A DNA stretch of 64,000 nucleotides from Candidatus Dormiibacterota bacterium (GTDB taxonomy: Bacteria; Chloroflexota; Dormibacteria; Aeolococcales; Aeolococcaceae): positions 17,686 through 81,685 of the forward strand of contig CAVWRW010000002.1 in assembly GCA_963757475.1 (NCBI GenBank), written 5' to 3'. Below are positions 33,254-43,127 of the stretch, in pieces. Below the pieces are notes generated by a model, which worked only from the letters and a program-made list of their open reading frames with translations, did not search any database and was not told the origin of the DNA. Position numbers and translations under genes: made by a program. How positions within the stretch are numbered: position 1 is the first letter of the stretch; the number at the start of each line of letters is the position of its first letter.

Positions 33254-33982
33254 GTGTCCAGAACCCACCTTCGCGTGTCCGCGGCTACCGCCGGCACGCT
33301 GCTCGCGCTGGCGACCTCGTTCGCCGTTGCATCCGCACACTTCGTTTTCACAGCGGGCAAATACCGAGTTGCCATTGGATGGCAGAACGAACCTTCGTCC
33401 GGTACCGACACGTATGTCGGCGTCCAGAACGCGATCCAGGTATTCATCGATATCGCGTCAGCCGACGACCCGAGGGGAACTCCGGTCAGCACGCTCAACG
33501 CGGACTGCACGCACCCCGACCTTCAGGTGACCGTCACCGTCGGCAGCACCACGAGCAGCCCGTTCTGCCCTGCGCCGGTCTATGACGGTGATACCGGCAA
33601 CGGCCGCCTCGATGAGTACGACTATCCGCTCATCCCAACTGTCGTCGGCACGTACACATTCCACATCTTCGGCACGATCAATGGGACCGCGATCGACCAG
33701 ACGATCCAGTCCGGACCGACCACCTTCGACTTGATCGCCGACTCCAGCTCCGTTGAGTTCCCGCATGCGGTCCCAGCAGTGGCCGACATCTCCACCAAAG
33801 TCGACGCAGTGAGCCGGCGAGCCGCAACCGCGCTGCAGGGCGCGCAAACAGCGTCGACCGCTGCGGGTAATGCCAAAAGCACAGCGTCGACTGCGACGAC
33901 GCTCGCGATCGTTGCGCTGGTCGTCGCCGTGGTGCTGAGCGCACTCAATCTGGCTGTCGGGCTTCGTCGCCGGAGGACATAG
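33254..33982 (+). CDS. YcnI-like (DUF1775) secreted copper-binding protein with a C-terminal membrane anchor
   Basis: GTG at 33254, preceded by gaggaga. Signal peptide ...ALATSFAVASA, with a predicted mature N-terminal His (HFVFTAGKYRV...), as in the YcnI His-brace Cu site. C-terminal TM LAIVALVVAVVLSALNLAVGL plus RRRRT. It lies immediately upstream of the CopC-CopD fusion, as in B. subtilis ycnI-ycnJ. Confidence 0.6.
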   Translation: MSRTHLRVSAATAGTLLALATSFAVASAHFVFTAGKYRVAIGWQNEPSSGTDTYVGVQNAIQVFIDIASADDPRGTPVSTLNADCTHPDLQVTVTVGSTTSSPFCPAPVYDGDTGNGRLDEYDYPLIPTVVGTYTFHIFGTINGTAIDQTIQSGPTTFDLIADSSSVEFPHAVPAVADISTKVDAVSRRAATALQGAQTASTAAGNAKSTASTATTLAIVALVVAVVLSALNLAVGLRRRRT

Positions 33983-33984
33983 CG

Positions 33985-35967
33985 GTGCGCGTTCCTCGGT
34001 CGGTCGTCCTCGCGGCACTGGTTGCGGCCGGGATAGCCATCGCGCTGCCCCTGACTGCGACCGCGCATGCCCTGCCGCAGAGCGCGATCCCGCCCGAGGG
34101 CTCAGAGGTGGCAACCGCGCCGAAGCTGGTCGAGATCACGTTCGGCGAGACGCCTGACCCGAAACTCTCCAGCATCACCGTGGTCAACAGCTCCGGCGAG
34201 AGCGTCGACGCCGGCCCGACCATCGTCGTCCCGGGTCATCCCCTGGAACTCGAGGTCCCGGTGAAGGCGCTTGGCAACGGCGTTTATACCGTGACCTGGA
34301 AAACGGTGTCGGAGACCGACGGGCACCTTGCCACGGGGGCGTATGCGTTCGGGGTCGGCGTGTCGGCGGCGAGCGCGAATGCACATGCGAACAAGGCCGT
34401 CGTGTCGCCGCCGCCGTCCGTCCTTGCGGTGATCAGCCGATGGTTGTTCTTCATCGGATTGATGGGGATCGTCGGCATCGCATCGACCTGCCTCATCGCG
34501 TTGCGGGACGTTCCGAAGATCGCCGCGCGGTTCCTCGGCATTGCGTGGGTGGTTGCCACTCTTGGGGTCGTAGGCGTCATCGAAGCCGAGCGGGAAGCGG
34601 CAGGTGTTGCCGTCAGCGCCTTGTTCTCGACATCGCTCGGGGCTACGGCGGCCGAGCGTATCGCTGCAATCCTGGTCACCGGTCTTGGCGCGCTCGTCGC
34701 GCTGTTGGCGAAGTCCCGCGCGGTGCCAGCCGGCGTCGCCGTCGCTGGATTCGGGGCGGCAGCATCGATGTGGGTCGACGTCGCCGCGAGTCACGCCGGC
34801 GCGCAGAACCCTGTCACGGCGAATCTCATCATCCAATGGGCTCACATCGTGGCGGGTGGAGTGTGGATCGGCGGCCTGCTGATGCTGCTGCTTGCCGTGC
34901 GTGGCCTGCCGTCGGAAATCAAGGGTCGCGCCGTCCATCGTTTCTCGACGACCGCGGGGATAGCGATCGTGGTGGTTGCTCTCACGGGGACAATCCGTGC
35001 TGTCATCGAGATCGGCTCGATCGGTCAGCTCTTCAGCACCGCATTCGGCATCTTGGTGTTGGTCAAGGTGGCGCTGTTCGTCATCCTCGCTATCCTCGGC
35101 GCCGTCAATCGCTTCGGCAATGTAGGGAAAGCGGCGACGTCGCTGCGCGGATTGCGCCGAGTGGGATCGACAGAAGTCGTGATCGGCGCAGCGGTCGTCC
35201 TCGTCGCCGCTGCGCTGGTGAACGTCGCGCCGCCCGTGGCATCAACAACGTTGGCTTCCAAGCAACTTACGCGTCAGATTGTCGTTACCGGCAACGATTT
35301 CGCGACCACTGTCAAGGTGCGTCTGACCGTCTCGCCCGGGACGGCGGGCTTCAACGATTTCACGCTCCGCGTCACGGACTACGACACCGGCGCGGCAGTG
35401 CGCGCGAGCTCGGTGCAACTCGAGTTCACACAACCGCTTCGCCCTCAGCTCGGTCAGTCAACGCTGACGCTGAAACCCCAGTCGAACGGGATCTTTACGG
35501 CCCGGGGTGGCAACCTGTCGATCGCAGGGATCTGGGAAGTGGCGGCGATCATCGAAAAAGGCCAGAGCTCCACCGAAGTGCATCTTCAGGTCACGACCGT
35601 CGTGCCGCCGCCAATCGTGACGGTGACGCGTTTCAGTGGTCTCCCGACGCTCTACTCGATCCGGTTGCAGGATGGCGAGCTCGCGCAGGTGTATCTCGAT
35701 CCAGACAAGCCGGGCGCTGACGAGTTCCATGTCACATTCTTCGACAACGCGAGCGAGACGAGCGAAATTCAGATCGCATCCGCAACGATCGGGATGACCG
35801 TGCCGGGGGGCACGCCGACGATCCTGGTGAGCCGCAGACTCGACCCGATCGGGCACTTCGTCGCCGATGCGACGGTACCAGCAGATGCGACGCGGTTCGA
35901 CATCCTCGCGACGACGCAGTCGGGTCAGACGATCTCGACGTACGTCGTGATCACACCCGGATCGTAA
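33985..35967 (+). CDS. CopC-CopD fusion copper importer with a C-terminal YtkA-like Ig-fold domain (YcnJ-like)
   Basis: Signal peptide then a CopC domain (HALPQSAIPPEGSEV...VEITFGETPD...VTWKTVSETDGH). Then about 8 TM helices (CopD), then a soluble domain about 200 aa long. Confidence 0.75.
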   Translation: MRVPRSVVLAALVAAGIAIALPLTATAHALPQSAIPPEGSEVATAPKLVEITFGETPDPKLSSITVVNSSGESVDAGPTIVVPGHPLELEVPVKALGNGVYTVTWKTVSETDGHLATGAYAFGVGVSAASANAHANKAVVSPPPSVLAVISRWLFFIGLMGIVGIASTCLIALRDVPKIAARFLGIAWVVATLGVVGVIEAEREAAGVAVSALFSTSLGATAAERIAAILVTGLGALVALLAKSRAVPAGVAVAGFGAAASMWVDVAASHAGAQNPVTANLIIQWAHIVAGGVWIGGLLMLLLAVRGLPSEIKGRAVHRFSTTAGIAIVVVALTGTIRAVIEIGSIGQLFSTAFGILVLVKVALFVILAILGAVNRFGNVGKAATSLRGLRRVGSTEVVIGAAVVLVAAALVNVAPPVASTTLASKQLTRQIVVTGNDFATTVKVRLTVSPGTAGFNDFTLRVTDYDTGAAVRASSVQLEFTQPLRPQLGQSTLTLKPQSNGIFTARGGNLSIAGIWEVAAIIEKGQSSTEVHLQVTTVVPPPIVTVTRFSGLPTLYSIRLQDGELAQVYLDPDKPGADEFHVTFFDNASETSEIQIASATIGMTVPGGTPTILVSRRLDPIGHFVADATVPADATRFDILATTQSGQTISTYVVITPGS

Positions 35968-35974
35968 GCAGCGG

Positions 35975-36826
35975 TCAGCGCACCGACGAGAGGATGAGCT
36001 TCGCGATCAGCGCGGGGTCTTCCAGGTAGGGAAGGTGCGCCATGCCGGGGAGGACGTGGTGCTGCGAGTCCGCGAGCCAGTCCGAGAGCTCCTTCGAGCG
36101 CGAGACGACAAACGGAAGATCGAGGTCGCCACATGCGACCGTGACTGGCATGGTGATCTCCTCGAGGCGTGACCACGCAGTGAGGCCGCTCTTGCCCGAC
36201 TCCTCGGGGAGCTCGTTCTTCAGCGCGATCGCGTTCATCTTGAGCGCGAGTGCGCGGGGCGCGCCGGAGACCCGTCCCTCGGGCGCGCTCGGCCCGTCGA
36301 GCCAGAGCCACATCTCGATGCGGTTGATCTCGTCGAGGTCGCCTGACGTCTGTGCCGCCTCCCAGAGATGGACGAGCCGCTCGGTCGGAGCGTCGAACTC
36401 CATCGGCTCTGGCGCGCCGCTCACCGACGGGGCGAGGAGCACGAGACCGGCGACGCGGTCGGGATCGGCGAGGGCCGCATCGATGGCGAGCTCCCCGCCC
36501 ATCGAGCTGCCGACGAGCCAGACGGGGCCGGTGGCCACTTCGTCAAGCACCGCGCGCAGGTCGTCGAGATGCGTGAAGCCGTACGTGGCCGCGGTCGTCT
36601 CGCCGTACCCGCGCATGTCGTACGCGACGACGCTCGTGCGCGGCTGGAGTGCCGCAGCGACATCGCGCCAGCTGCGCCGGTCGGCAACGCCGGCGTGGAG
36701 CAGGACGATCGGCTGACCCTCGCCGGGCCAGCGCTCGGCGGCAAGGGTCGCTGTTCCGCGGTCCACGGTGAACGTCTCAGATGGCACTTGCCCATTCTGA
36801 CCTGCCATCCCGGGAGTAGCGTGCAT
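35975..36826 (-). CDS. Alpha/beta-fold hydrolase
   Basis: HAGVADRRSWRDV (HGxxxxxxxW) and the nucleophile elbow VGSSMGGELA (GxSxG); 283 aa. Confidence 0.7.
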   Translation of the reverse strand: MHATPGMAGQNGQVPSETFTVDRGTATLAAERWPGEGQPIVLLHAGVADRRSWRDVAAALQPRTSVVAYDMRGYGETTAATYGFTHLDDLRAVLDEVATGPVWLVGSSMGGELAIDAALADPDRVAGLVLLAPSVSGAPEPMEFDAPTERLVHLWEAAQTSGDLDEINRIEMWLWLDGPSAPEGRVSGAPRALALKMNAIALKNELPEESGKSGLTAWSRLEEITMPVTVACGDLDLPFVVSRSKELSDWLADSQHHVLPGMAHLPYLEDPALIAKLILSSVR

Positions 36827-36831
36827 CTGAC

Positions 36832-37617
36832 GTGCGCACCATCGGCATCGACGTGGCCAGTCAGGACGCCCGCACCGCCATCTGCGCCATCCGCTGGGAG
36901 GACGGGTTCGCCGAGATCGAGCCCCTCGGGCTGCCGGGTGCTAGCGACGATCAGATACGCCGCTCCATCGAGGGTGCCGATCGGGTCGGGGTGGACATCC
37001 CGCTCGGCTGGCCGGCGGCTTTCGTGGATGCCGTGAGCCGGCACCATCGAGGCGAGGTCTGGGCGGCCCCGACTGACGGCGAGGGCATGTCGGCGTTGCG
37101 ACTCCGGGAGACAGATCGCTGGGTGACCCGCCAGGCGCGCCGGCCTGGGGAGCCGGGCGCGCGGTGTCACCCGATGAGCGTGTCGACCAACCTCATCGCG
37201 ATCCCCGCGATGCGGATGGCACGCGTCCTTGGTCCCATCGATCGGTCGGGGAGGGGCCGCGTCGTCGAGGTGTACCCGGCTGCCGCGCTCTTCGTGTGGG
37301 GACTGCCGTACCGACGCTACAAAGGGGCCGAGCCGACGCACCGCGCAACTCGCGACGCACTCGTCCGAGCGTTGCGCGAGACGGCACCGTGGCTGCGCGC
37401 CGCGACGGCTGACTGGGACGTCATCGGCGAGCACGACCACGTCCTCGACGCGGTCATCGCATCACTCGTTGCACGCGCCAAGGCGTGCGGGCTCTGTGAT
37501 GAGAGCTACGAGGCTGCGTCCGAGAACGCGCGCAGCGAAGGCTGGATCGCCCTGCCGCTACCGGACACATTGCCGCAGCTTGGCGTCCGGCCGAAATACG
37601 CATCGTCAAGCATGTGA
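36832..37617 (+). CDS. DUF429-like (RNase H-fold) protein
   Basis: N-terminus MRTIGIDVASQDARTAICAIRWEDG resembles the DUF429/YqgF-like start; weak assignment. The 3' end overlaps the convergent reductase gene by about 110 nt. Confidence 0.35.
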   Translation: MRTIGIDVASQDARTAICAIRWEDGFAEIEPLGLPGASDDQIRRSIEGADRVGVDIPLGWPAAFVDAVSRHHRGEVWAAPTDGEGMSALRLRETDRWVTRQARRPGEPGARCHPMSVSTNLIAIPAMRMARVLGPIDRSGRGRVVEVYPAAALFVWGLPYRRYKGAEPTHRATRDALVRALRETAPWLRAATADWDVIGEHDHVLDAVIASLVARAKACGLCDESYEAASENARSEGWIALPLPDTLPQLGVRPKYASSSM

Positions 37618-38648
37618 CGCAGGGTAGCCTCGTCGGGGACGAGGGGATCGTCGTGCGTCGCCTCCCAGACGCGACGCGCGGCCTCGTCGAGACCGTCCTC
37701 CGGCATCCCCAACTCCGACAGCGCGGTGGGGAGTTTCAGCAGCTGCAGCAACGCAAACAGCGCACCCGCCGGATCGTCTGATGCGAGCATCCGCGCCGCA
37801 TGTGCCATCGCCTCGGGAGCACGCGGCGCAACCATTGCCGTGGTCTGCGGCAGCAGCGCAGCATGCGTCTCCGCATGGGGCAGTTGCCATCCACCGCCGA
37901 GCACATGCGCGGTTCGGTGATGGATGCCGATGCCGGCCTGTGCCATCGCCACACCGGCGAGGCACTCGCCGATGAGGTTGTCGCCATGCGCATCGACGTC
38001 ATCGGGATTCGCGACGACCCGGGGAAGACCGTCGACAAGTCTGCGACCACCGTCGACTGCGAGCGTTGTCGTGATGGGGTTCGCGCCTGGAACCCAGAGC
38101 GCCTCGACGCAGTGCGCGAGCGCGTTCAGACCGGACGCGGCGGCGAGCCGCGCCGGCATCCCGACACACAACTCCGGGTCGTAGATGACGGTGCGGGGGA
38201 GCACGCGGATGTCATACGCGGTGTGCTTGCGACCGTCGGTCGTGCGCCCCCACACCGCAGTCATCTCCGAGCCCGAGTACGTCGTCGGCACCGCGATGAG
38301 CGGGAGATCGCAGGTGAACGCGAGCACCTTGCCGAGACCCGTCGGGGAGCCACCGCCGACGCTCACGACAACGTCGGCCTCCGCCTCGCGCGCGGTCGTT
38401 GCCGCAGCGTCGGTGATGTCGGCGGGGACATGCTGCGTGGCGCCTCCGACGACACCGACGACGAGGTCGCCAAGCGCGTCACGAGCTCGCTCGAAGGCGG
38501 CTCCAGTCGACGCTCCGCCACCGACCAGCAGGACGCGTCCGCGCTCAAGCCGCGCAACCTCGTCGCGAAGCTGGACCACGGCACCGGGACCGAATACAAC
38601 TCGCGAAGGCAGCGCCGACCACGTGAACGCCTTCGTCCTGGAATCCAT
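37506..38648 (-). CDS. Iron-containing alcohol dehydrogenase family protein (maleylacetate reductase-like)
   Basis: From MDSRTKAFTWSALPSRVVFGPGAV...; VVSVGGGSPTGLGKVLAF, PLIAVPTTYSGSEMT, metal-site His motifs (GIGIHHRTAHVLGG) typical of Fe-ADH / maleylacetate reductase. Confidence 0.7.
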   Translation of the reverse strand: MDSRTKAFTWSALPSRVVFGPGAVVQLRDEVARLERGRVLLVGGGASTGAAFERARDALGDLVVGVVGGATQHVPADITDAAATTAREAEADVVVSVGGGSPTGLGKVLAFTCDLPLIAVPTTYSGSEMTAVWGRTTDGRKHTAYDIRVLPRTVIYDPELCVGMPARLAAASGLNALAHCVEALWVPGANPITTTLAVDGGRRLVDGLPRVVANPDDVDAHGDNLIGECLAGVAMAQAGIGIHHRTAHVLGGGWQLPHAETHAALLPQTTAMVAPRAPEAMAHAARMLASDDPAGALFALLQLLKLPTALSELGMPEDGLDEAARRVWEATHDDPLVPDEATLRHMLDDAYFGRTPSCGNVSGSGRAIQPSLRAFSDAAS

Positions 38649-38757
38649 GAGTCGATCTTGACACTCGGCTTCGCAGCCTTTCCATCCTCTTCTCAGCCTG
38701 GTGACAGTGGAGTCTCCGGGTGGGTTCCGCATCGAGACGCGGGCCTAAGGTGACGCC

Positions 38758-39288
38758 GTGCTGGATTGGACGCTCATCGGTGTGTGGGCCGCCGCGGCCG
38801 GCGCTCTCCTGACCGCGTGCTTCACGTGGTTGGCGTACCAACACGCGCGCGCTGTTTCGGGACGCCGAAAGCCGATCCTGATCATGCCCTCAAGCGGAAC
38901 CGAGGTCTGGGTGACCTATCCGCTCAGCAGCCACGAGCCCGAGGAGCACCCGCGAACGGCGTGGGTCCGCATGTTCAACCAGTCAGCTGTGGCCCAGGGC
39001 TTCATCGTCAACATCGCTGAGTCGCTCATCCTGGCGCCGAAGATCGAAGGGCCGCAGCCGTTCTTCCGGTACCAGGTCATCGACTTCCCGCCCAATGAGG
39101 GTGGCAACGTCTCCCTGGTGGTGAGCCATACGTACGGGGAGTGGCCGGACGACATCGATCCCATCACCGGAGAGACGCGCGAGCCGTACAGGATCCGTCT
39201 GGTGGGGCAGACGAAGAGCGGCCGCAGAGCCCGTTGGGAAGGATCGTTGCACCTCCAGGATCCGTTCTGGGAGCCCGCAGCGGGATAG
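38758..39288 (+). CDS. Hypothetical membrane-anchored protein
   Basis: 176 aa; N-terminal TM (LIGVWAAAAGALLTACFTWLAY) then a soluble domain; unrecognised. Confidence 0.4.
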   Translation: MLDWTLIGVWAAAAGALLTACFTWLAYQHARAVSGRRKPILIMPSSGTEVWVTYPLSSHEPEEHPRTAWVRMFNQSAVAQGFIVNIAESLILAPKIEGPQPFFRYQVIDFPPNEGGNVSLVVSHTYGEWPDDIDPITGETREPYRIRLVGQTKSGRRARWEGSLHLQDPFWEPAAG

Positions 39289-39305
39289 CGTCTACCATCA
39301 ACGCG

Positions 39306-39692
39306 ATGGCATCGAACGTTGAGCCGCAGCCCGCTGCACCGGCCGGACCGGTGAAGGGCGAAGTCGGATATCTGCAGATACCCGCACGGGATATCACGCG
39401 GTCCGCGGAGTTCTACGAGCACGTCTTCGACTGGCAGGTGGATGCTCCGCATCCGAGTTTCGAGGCGCCGAACCTCATCGGGCAGTGGGTGACGGATCGA
39501 GCCCCGGCGGGGGACGGCGGCATGCTCGCGTGGATCCACGTCGACAACATCCAGGTTGCGCTGGAGAACGTCCGCTCCGACGGCGGTCAAGTGCTCGAGC
39601 AGCCCGTCGCCGACGGGCCTGATCGATGGCTCGCGACGATCAAGGATCCGGCCGGGAACGTCATCGGCATCGTGCAGCAGAACCGCGGCTGA
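39306..39692 (+). CDS. VOC (glyoxalase/bleomycin-resistance) family protein
   Basis: 128 aa; VGYLQIPARDITRSAEFYEHVFDW...GGMLAWIHVDNI...ATIKDPAGNVIGIVQ is a typical single VOC module. Confidence 0.65.
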   Translation: MASNVEPQPAAPAGPVKGEVGYLQIPARDITRSAEFYEHVFDWQVDAPHPSFEAPNLIGQWVTDRAPAGDGGMLAWIHVDNIQVALENVRSDGGQVLEQPVADGPDRWLATIKDPAGNVIGIVQQNRG

Positions 39693-39706
39693 CCGGGGGA
39701 GAGCTC

Positions 39707-39988
39707 ATGCCTGAAAGCGACCCGGTCATGCGGACCTACTGGCCGCCGTCACGCCCGTGGCGCTACTCCCTCGACTTCCATCGGCAGGGATTCCCGAAGT
39801 GGGGAGTGACGTTCTACGAGCGCAGTGAGCCCGTGTCCGACCAGCGGTGGGACCTGGAGCCTGCTGAGGTCACCACGAAAGAGCTCCTCGAGTGGCTGGT
39901 GGAACTCACCGAGCCGGACGCAGCGAAAGAGTTGGTCGAGGCGGTGTTCGCGAGCCGGCCGTTCTTCTTCGTCGATCAGCAGCAATGA
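39707..39988 (+). CDS. Small hypothetical protein (93 aa)
   Basis: ATG at 39707 preceded by ggggga; acidic C-terminal region; no domain recognised. Confidence 0.35.
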   Translation: MPESDPVMRTYWPPSRPWRYSLDFHRQGFPKWGVTFYERSEPVSDQRWDLEPAEVTTKELLEWLVELTEPDAAKELVEAVFASRPFFFVDQQQ

Positions 39989-40065
39989 TCTGACGCGGCG
40001 CTTGTGCACCAGGTCCACCTGACAAAGGTCGGCGCGCCCGCCTACTGACGCTTACAATCCGCCCG

Positions 40066-41907
40066 ATGCAGGGACTCTTAGGAAGGGGTCGGAGGTGGTG
40101 GCGTGCTCCCGCCTCCCAAGAGACGGCGATGGTGCTGGCTCTCCTTGCGATCGGACTGCTCATACGACTGCCGCATCTGAGCCAGCCGTTTACCGCGCTG
40201 TCATCGTTCCGCCAGACCGAGACGGCCTATCCAGCGCTCATCTACCACGAGCAGGGGATCAATCTCCTCAACCCCCAGCTCCCCGTGTTTGGCAGCCCGT
40301 GGCAGGTGCCGTTCGAGTTCCCGCTGTTTCAGGCAATGGCAGCGCTCGTCATGAACCTTGGTGTTGCCGCTGACCTTGCGCTCCGAGCGAGCGGGTTGAT
40401 CTGTTTCATGGCAACGGCATTCGCGGTGTGGGGATTGGTTCGCCACCTCTCGACGCGGAGCGCTGCTGTCATCGCGCTGCTCGTCTTTCTGCTGTCGCCG
40501 TTCAATATCTGGTGGAGCCGGTCGTCGATGATCGAATACATGGCGACCGCCTTATCGGTCGGCTATGTCTGGGCCGGCATGATCTGGATCGACAAGCGCC
40601 AGAAGCGTTTTGCCGTCCTCGCGATCGTCCTCGGTTCGCTCGCGATGGCCGTCAAAGTCACCAGTGCGGTCTTCTGGATGGTCCCTCTGTTTCTCTATTG
40701 GTCGCGCGCTCCCAGACCACCACTCCGTGTCTGGCTTCGCGATCAACTCAACGTCTCGTTGGTGCTGTTCGTGATCCCCCTGGTTGCGTGCGTGCTCTGG
40801 ACGCACCATGCCGACGACATCAAGGCGTCGAATCCAGCAACCAGCTGGCTGACGAGCGAGGCGCTGTTCATCTGGAATTTCGGAACCATCGCGCAGCGCT
40901 TCAGCGCCCATGCCTGGTACGACGTCGTTCACCCGTTCGACACGCTCGTCACCGGACTCCCGATCTGGGCGTTCGCGATCCTGTGCGGCATCGCGTGGGT
41001 GCGTGAGAAACGGGCTGTATGGATCGGCATCATCCTGGCCGGCGCCCTGCCCGTGCTCGTGTTCTTCAATCTGTACGTCGTCCAGCAGTACTACCTGGCT
41101 GCGGTGACTCCCGCAGTTGCGGCTGTCCTGGGCTACGCGCTCGACGGCGTCATTCGGTACTGGCGCCCAGCCCCGCTCCGGGTGGTGATCGCGCTTGCGA
41201 TCCTTGCCTCGTTGGGATCTGCCATCGTTGCCCAGCACGCCTTGCTTGCGCCCATCTATACAAATCAGGTCGCAGATCCCCAGAACGTTTTGCCGCAAGC
41301 GCGCGAGATCGACGCGGGAACCAGCGCGCAAGACCTGATTGTGTTCGACGGTCTCACGTGGTCGCCTGCGGTGCCGTATTACGCACGGCGACGCGGGATG
41401 ATGCTGCTGCCGATCATCGTCACGAACCGGCTCCTCAATGGATTGCCGGAGCAGGGATATGAGTATCTGTACACCGCCCCGCAGAACGTTCGCTTCTCAG
41501 CCACAGCGCGTGAGGTGCTGGAGCGCTGGGAGTGGTTCGGCGAGGTGAGCCCACATCTGTTCCGGCTCGGTTCCAGCTACACGAGCGTCGACACCGCAGG
41601 AATCGCCGCGACGTCGGCACCGTACCAACCCGCTGCCGGTTCTGTATCGGCGATCCCCGCGCCAGAGACGATGAGCTGCGATGGATTGGCCACAGAAATC
41701 CCCGTCGCAGTTGGCGACACGATCACGCTGCAATTCGCGCCGACGTCGCTGGCCGCCGATGACAGCCTCGCCATCAACGGACAGTGGATTCCCGCGGAGA
41801 GCACCGTCGTCGTTGAGCCGGCCGACGATTCGGCGGGCTCGCTGCGGCTGTCCTGCGAAGGCGCTACCGGCCTCGACCTGACCGGTGTCTACGTGCGGGC
41901 GTCGTGA
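40066..41907 (+). CDS. GT-C fold membrane glycosyltransferase (ArnT/PMT-like) with a C-terminal periplasmic domain
   Basis: 613 aa, about 11-13 TM helices, N-terminal loop PHLSQPFTALSSFRQTETAYPALIYHEQG, then a soluble C-terminal domain about 150 aa long. It is the first gene of an operon with ugd, a GT2 and an SDR epimerase (overlapping stops/starts). Confidence 0.65.
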   Translation: MQGLLGRGRRWWRAPASQETAMVLALLAIGLLIRLPHLSQPFTALSSFRQTETAYPALIYHEQGINLLNPQLPVFGSPWQVPFEFPLFQAMAALVMNLGVAADLALRASGLICFMATAFAVWGLVRHLSTRSAAVIALLVFLLSPFNIWWSRSSMIEYMATALSVGYVWAGMIWIDKRQKRFAVLAIVLGSLAMAVKVTSAVFWMVPLFLYWSRAPRPPLRVWLRDQLNVSLVLFVIPLVACVLWTHHADDIKASNPATSWLTSEALFIWNFGTIAQRFSAHAWYDVVHPFDTLVTGLPIWAFAILCGIAWVREKRAVWIGIILAGALPVLVFFNLYVVQQYYLAAVTPAVAAVLGYALDGVIRYWRPAPLRVVIALAILASLGSAIVAQHALLAPIYTNQVADPQNVLPQAREIDAGTSAQDLIVFDGLTWSPAVPYYARRRGMMLLPIIVTNRLLNGLPEQGYEYLYTAPQNVRFSATAREVLERWEWFGEVSPHLFRLGSSYTSVDTAGIAATSAPYQPAAGSVSAIPAPETMSCDGLATEIPVAVGDTITLQFAPTSLAADDSLAINGQWIPAESTVVVEPADDSAGSLRLSCEGATGLDLTGVYVRAS

Positions 41908-43127
41908 TGGCCAGTCTCGTGCCTGACTCCGAGGACCGTTTCGATCACGATGTCACCATCGTGGGCGGCTGCGGTCACGTGGGTCTGCCGCTCGGTCTGG
42001 CGTTCGCCTCGAGTGGCGTCCGGGTTGTGTTGTACGACACGAGCGCCGCGGCCGTCGAAATGGTCAGCGGCGGGTCGATGCCCTTTCAGGAGGCCGGTGC
42101 AGCGGAACTCCTTCCGCAGGTCCGAGAGTTGGGCCACCTCCGAGCCACTACTGATCCGGCGTCAATCGCCGGTGGCGAGCACGTCATTGTCGTCGTCGGG
42201 ACCCCCGTCGACCGGTACCTGAGCCCCGACATCGATGCCGTGTCGCGCGCGGTCACACCACTGACTGATCACCTCGTCAGCGGCCAGATCGTGATTCTGC
42301 GCAGCACGGTGTATCCGGGGGTGACCCGTGGCGTTGCACGGATCATCGCGAGGCTGGATCGCGACATCGATGTGAGCTTCTGCCCTGAGCGCATCGCCGA
42401 AGGTCACGCGCTCGAAGAGTTGCGCAGCCTCCCGCAGATCGTGTCCGGGACCACGCCTCGCGCGACCGCACGAGCCGCCGCGCTGTTCGGTGTCCTGACA
42501 TCTGAGATCGTGGAACTCACTCCAGATGAGGCCGAGCTGGCCAAACTCTTCACCAACACGTGGCGATACATCAAGTTCGCGATCGCCAATCAGCTGTACG
42601 CGCTCGCAAATGACTCAGGTCTCGACTATGAGCGGATTCGCCGCGCGGTGACCTATCACTATCCGCGCGCTGCCGATCTGCCGGGTGCGGGGCTCGCCGC
42701 GGGTCCGTGTCTGCTCAAGGACACGATGCAGATCACGGCATTCGCCGAGAACCGGTTCACGCTGGGGCAGGCAGCGGTGATGGTGAACGAGGGTCTGCCC
42801 CTCTACGTGATCGGCAAGCTCGAGGAACGATTCGACCTGACCAACATGACGGTTGGCATCCTGGGCATGGCATTCAAATCCGAGTCCGATGATGTGCGTG
42901 CCAGCTTGAGTTACAAGCTCAAACGCGTGCTCAGTGGAAAGGCGGCGCAAGTCCTGTGCACTGATCCGTTCGTGACCGTCGACCAGGATCTGAGCTCCCT
43001 CGCGAGCGTCCTCGCCGAGGCTGATCTCCTGATCATCGCCGCCCCGCACCGCGCGTACGCGGGCCTGCAAACCACCACGCCCGTCGTCGACCTGACCAAC
43101 ATGCTCGGCAATGGGGTCAGGGTGTGA
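41904..43127 (+). CDS. ugd: UDP-glucose 6-dehydrogenase (nucleotide-sugar dehydrogenase family)
   Basis: VTIVGGCGHVGLPLGLAFASSGVRVVLYD (NAD Rossmann GxGxVG); the catalytic Cys region (AAGPCLLKDT); C-terminal UDP-binding domain. The start overlaps the upstream stop. Confidence 0.75.
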   Translation: MMASLVPDSEDRFDHDVTIVGGCGHVGLPLGLAFASSGVRVVLYDTSAAAVEMVSGGSMPFQEAGAAELLPQVRELGHLRATTDPASIAGGEHVIVVVGTPVDRYLSPDIDAVSRAVTPLTDHLVSGQIVILRSTVYPGVTRGVARIIARLDRDIDVSFCPERIAEGHALEELRSLPQIVSGTTPRATARAAALFGVLTSEIVELTPDEAELAKLFTNTWRYIKFAIANQLYALANDSGLDYERIRRAVTYHYPRAADLPGAGLAAGPCLLKDTMQITAFAENRFTLGQAAVMVNEGLPLYVIGKLEERFDLTNMTVGILGMAFKSESDDVRASLSYKLKRVLSGKAAQVLCTDPFVTVDQDLSSLASVLAEADLLIIAAPHRAYAGLQTTTPVVDLTNMLGNGVRV

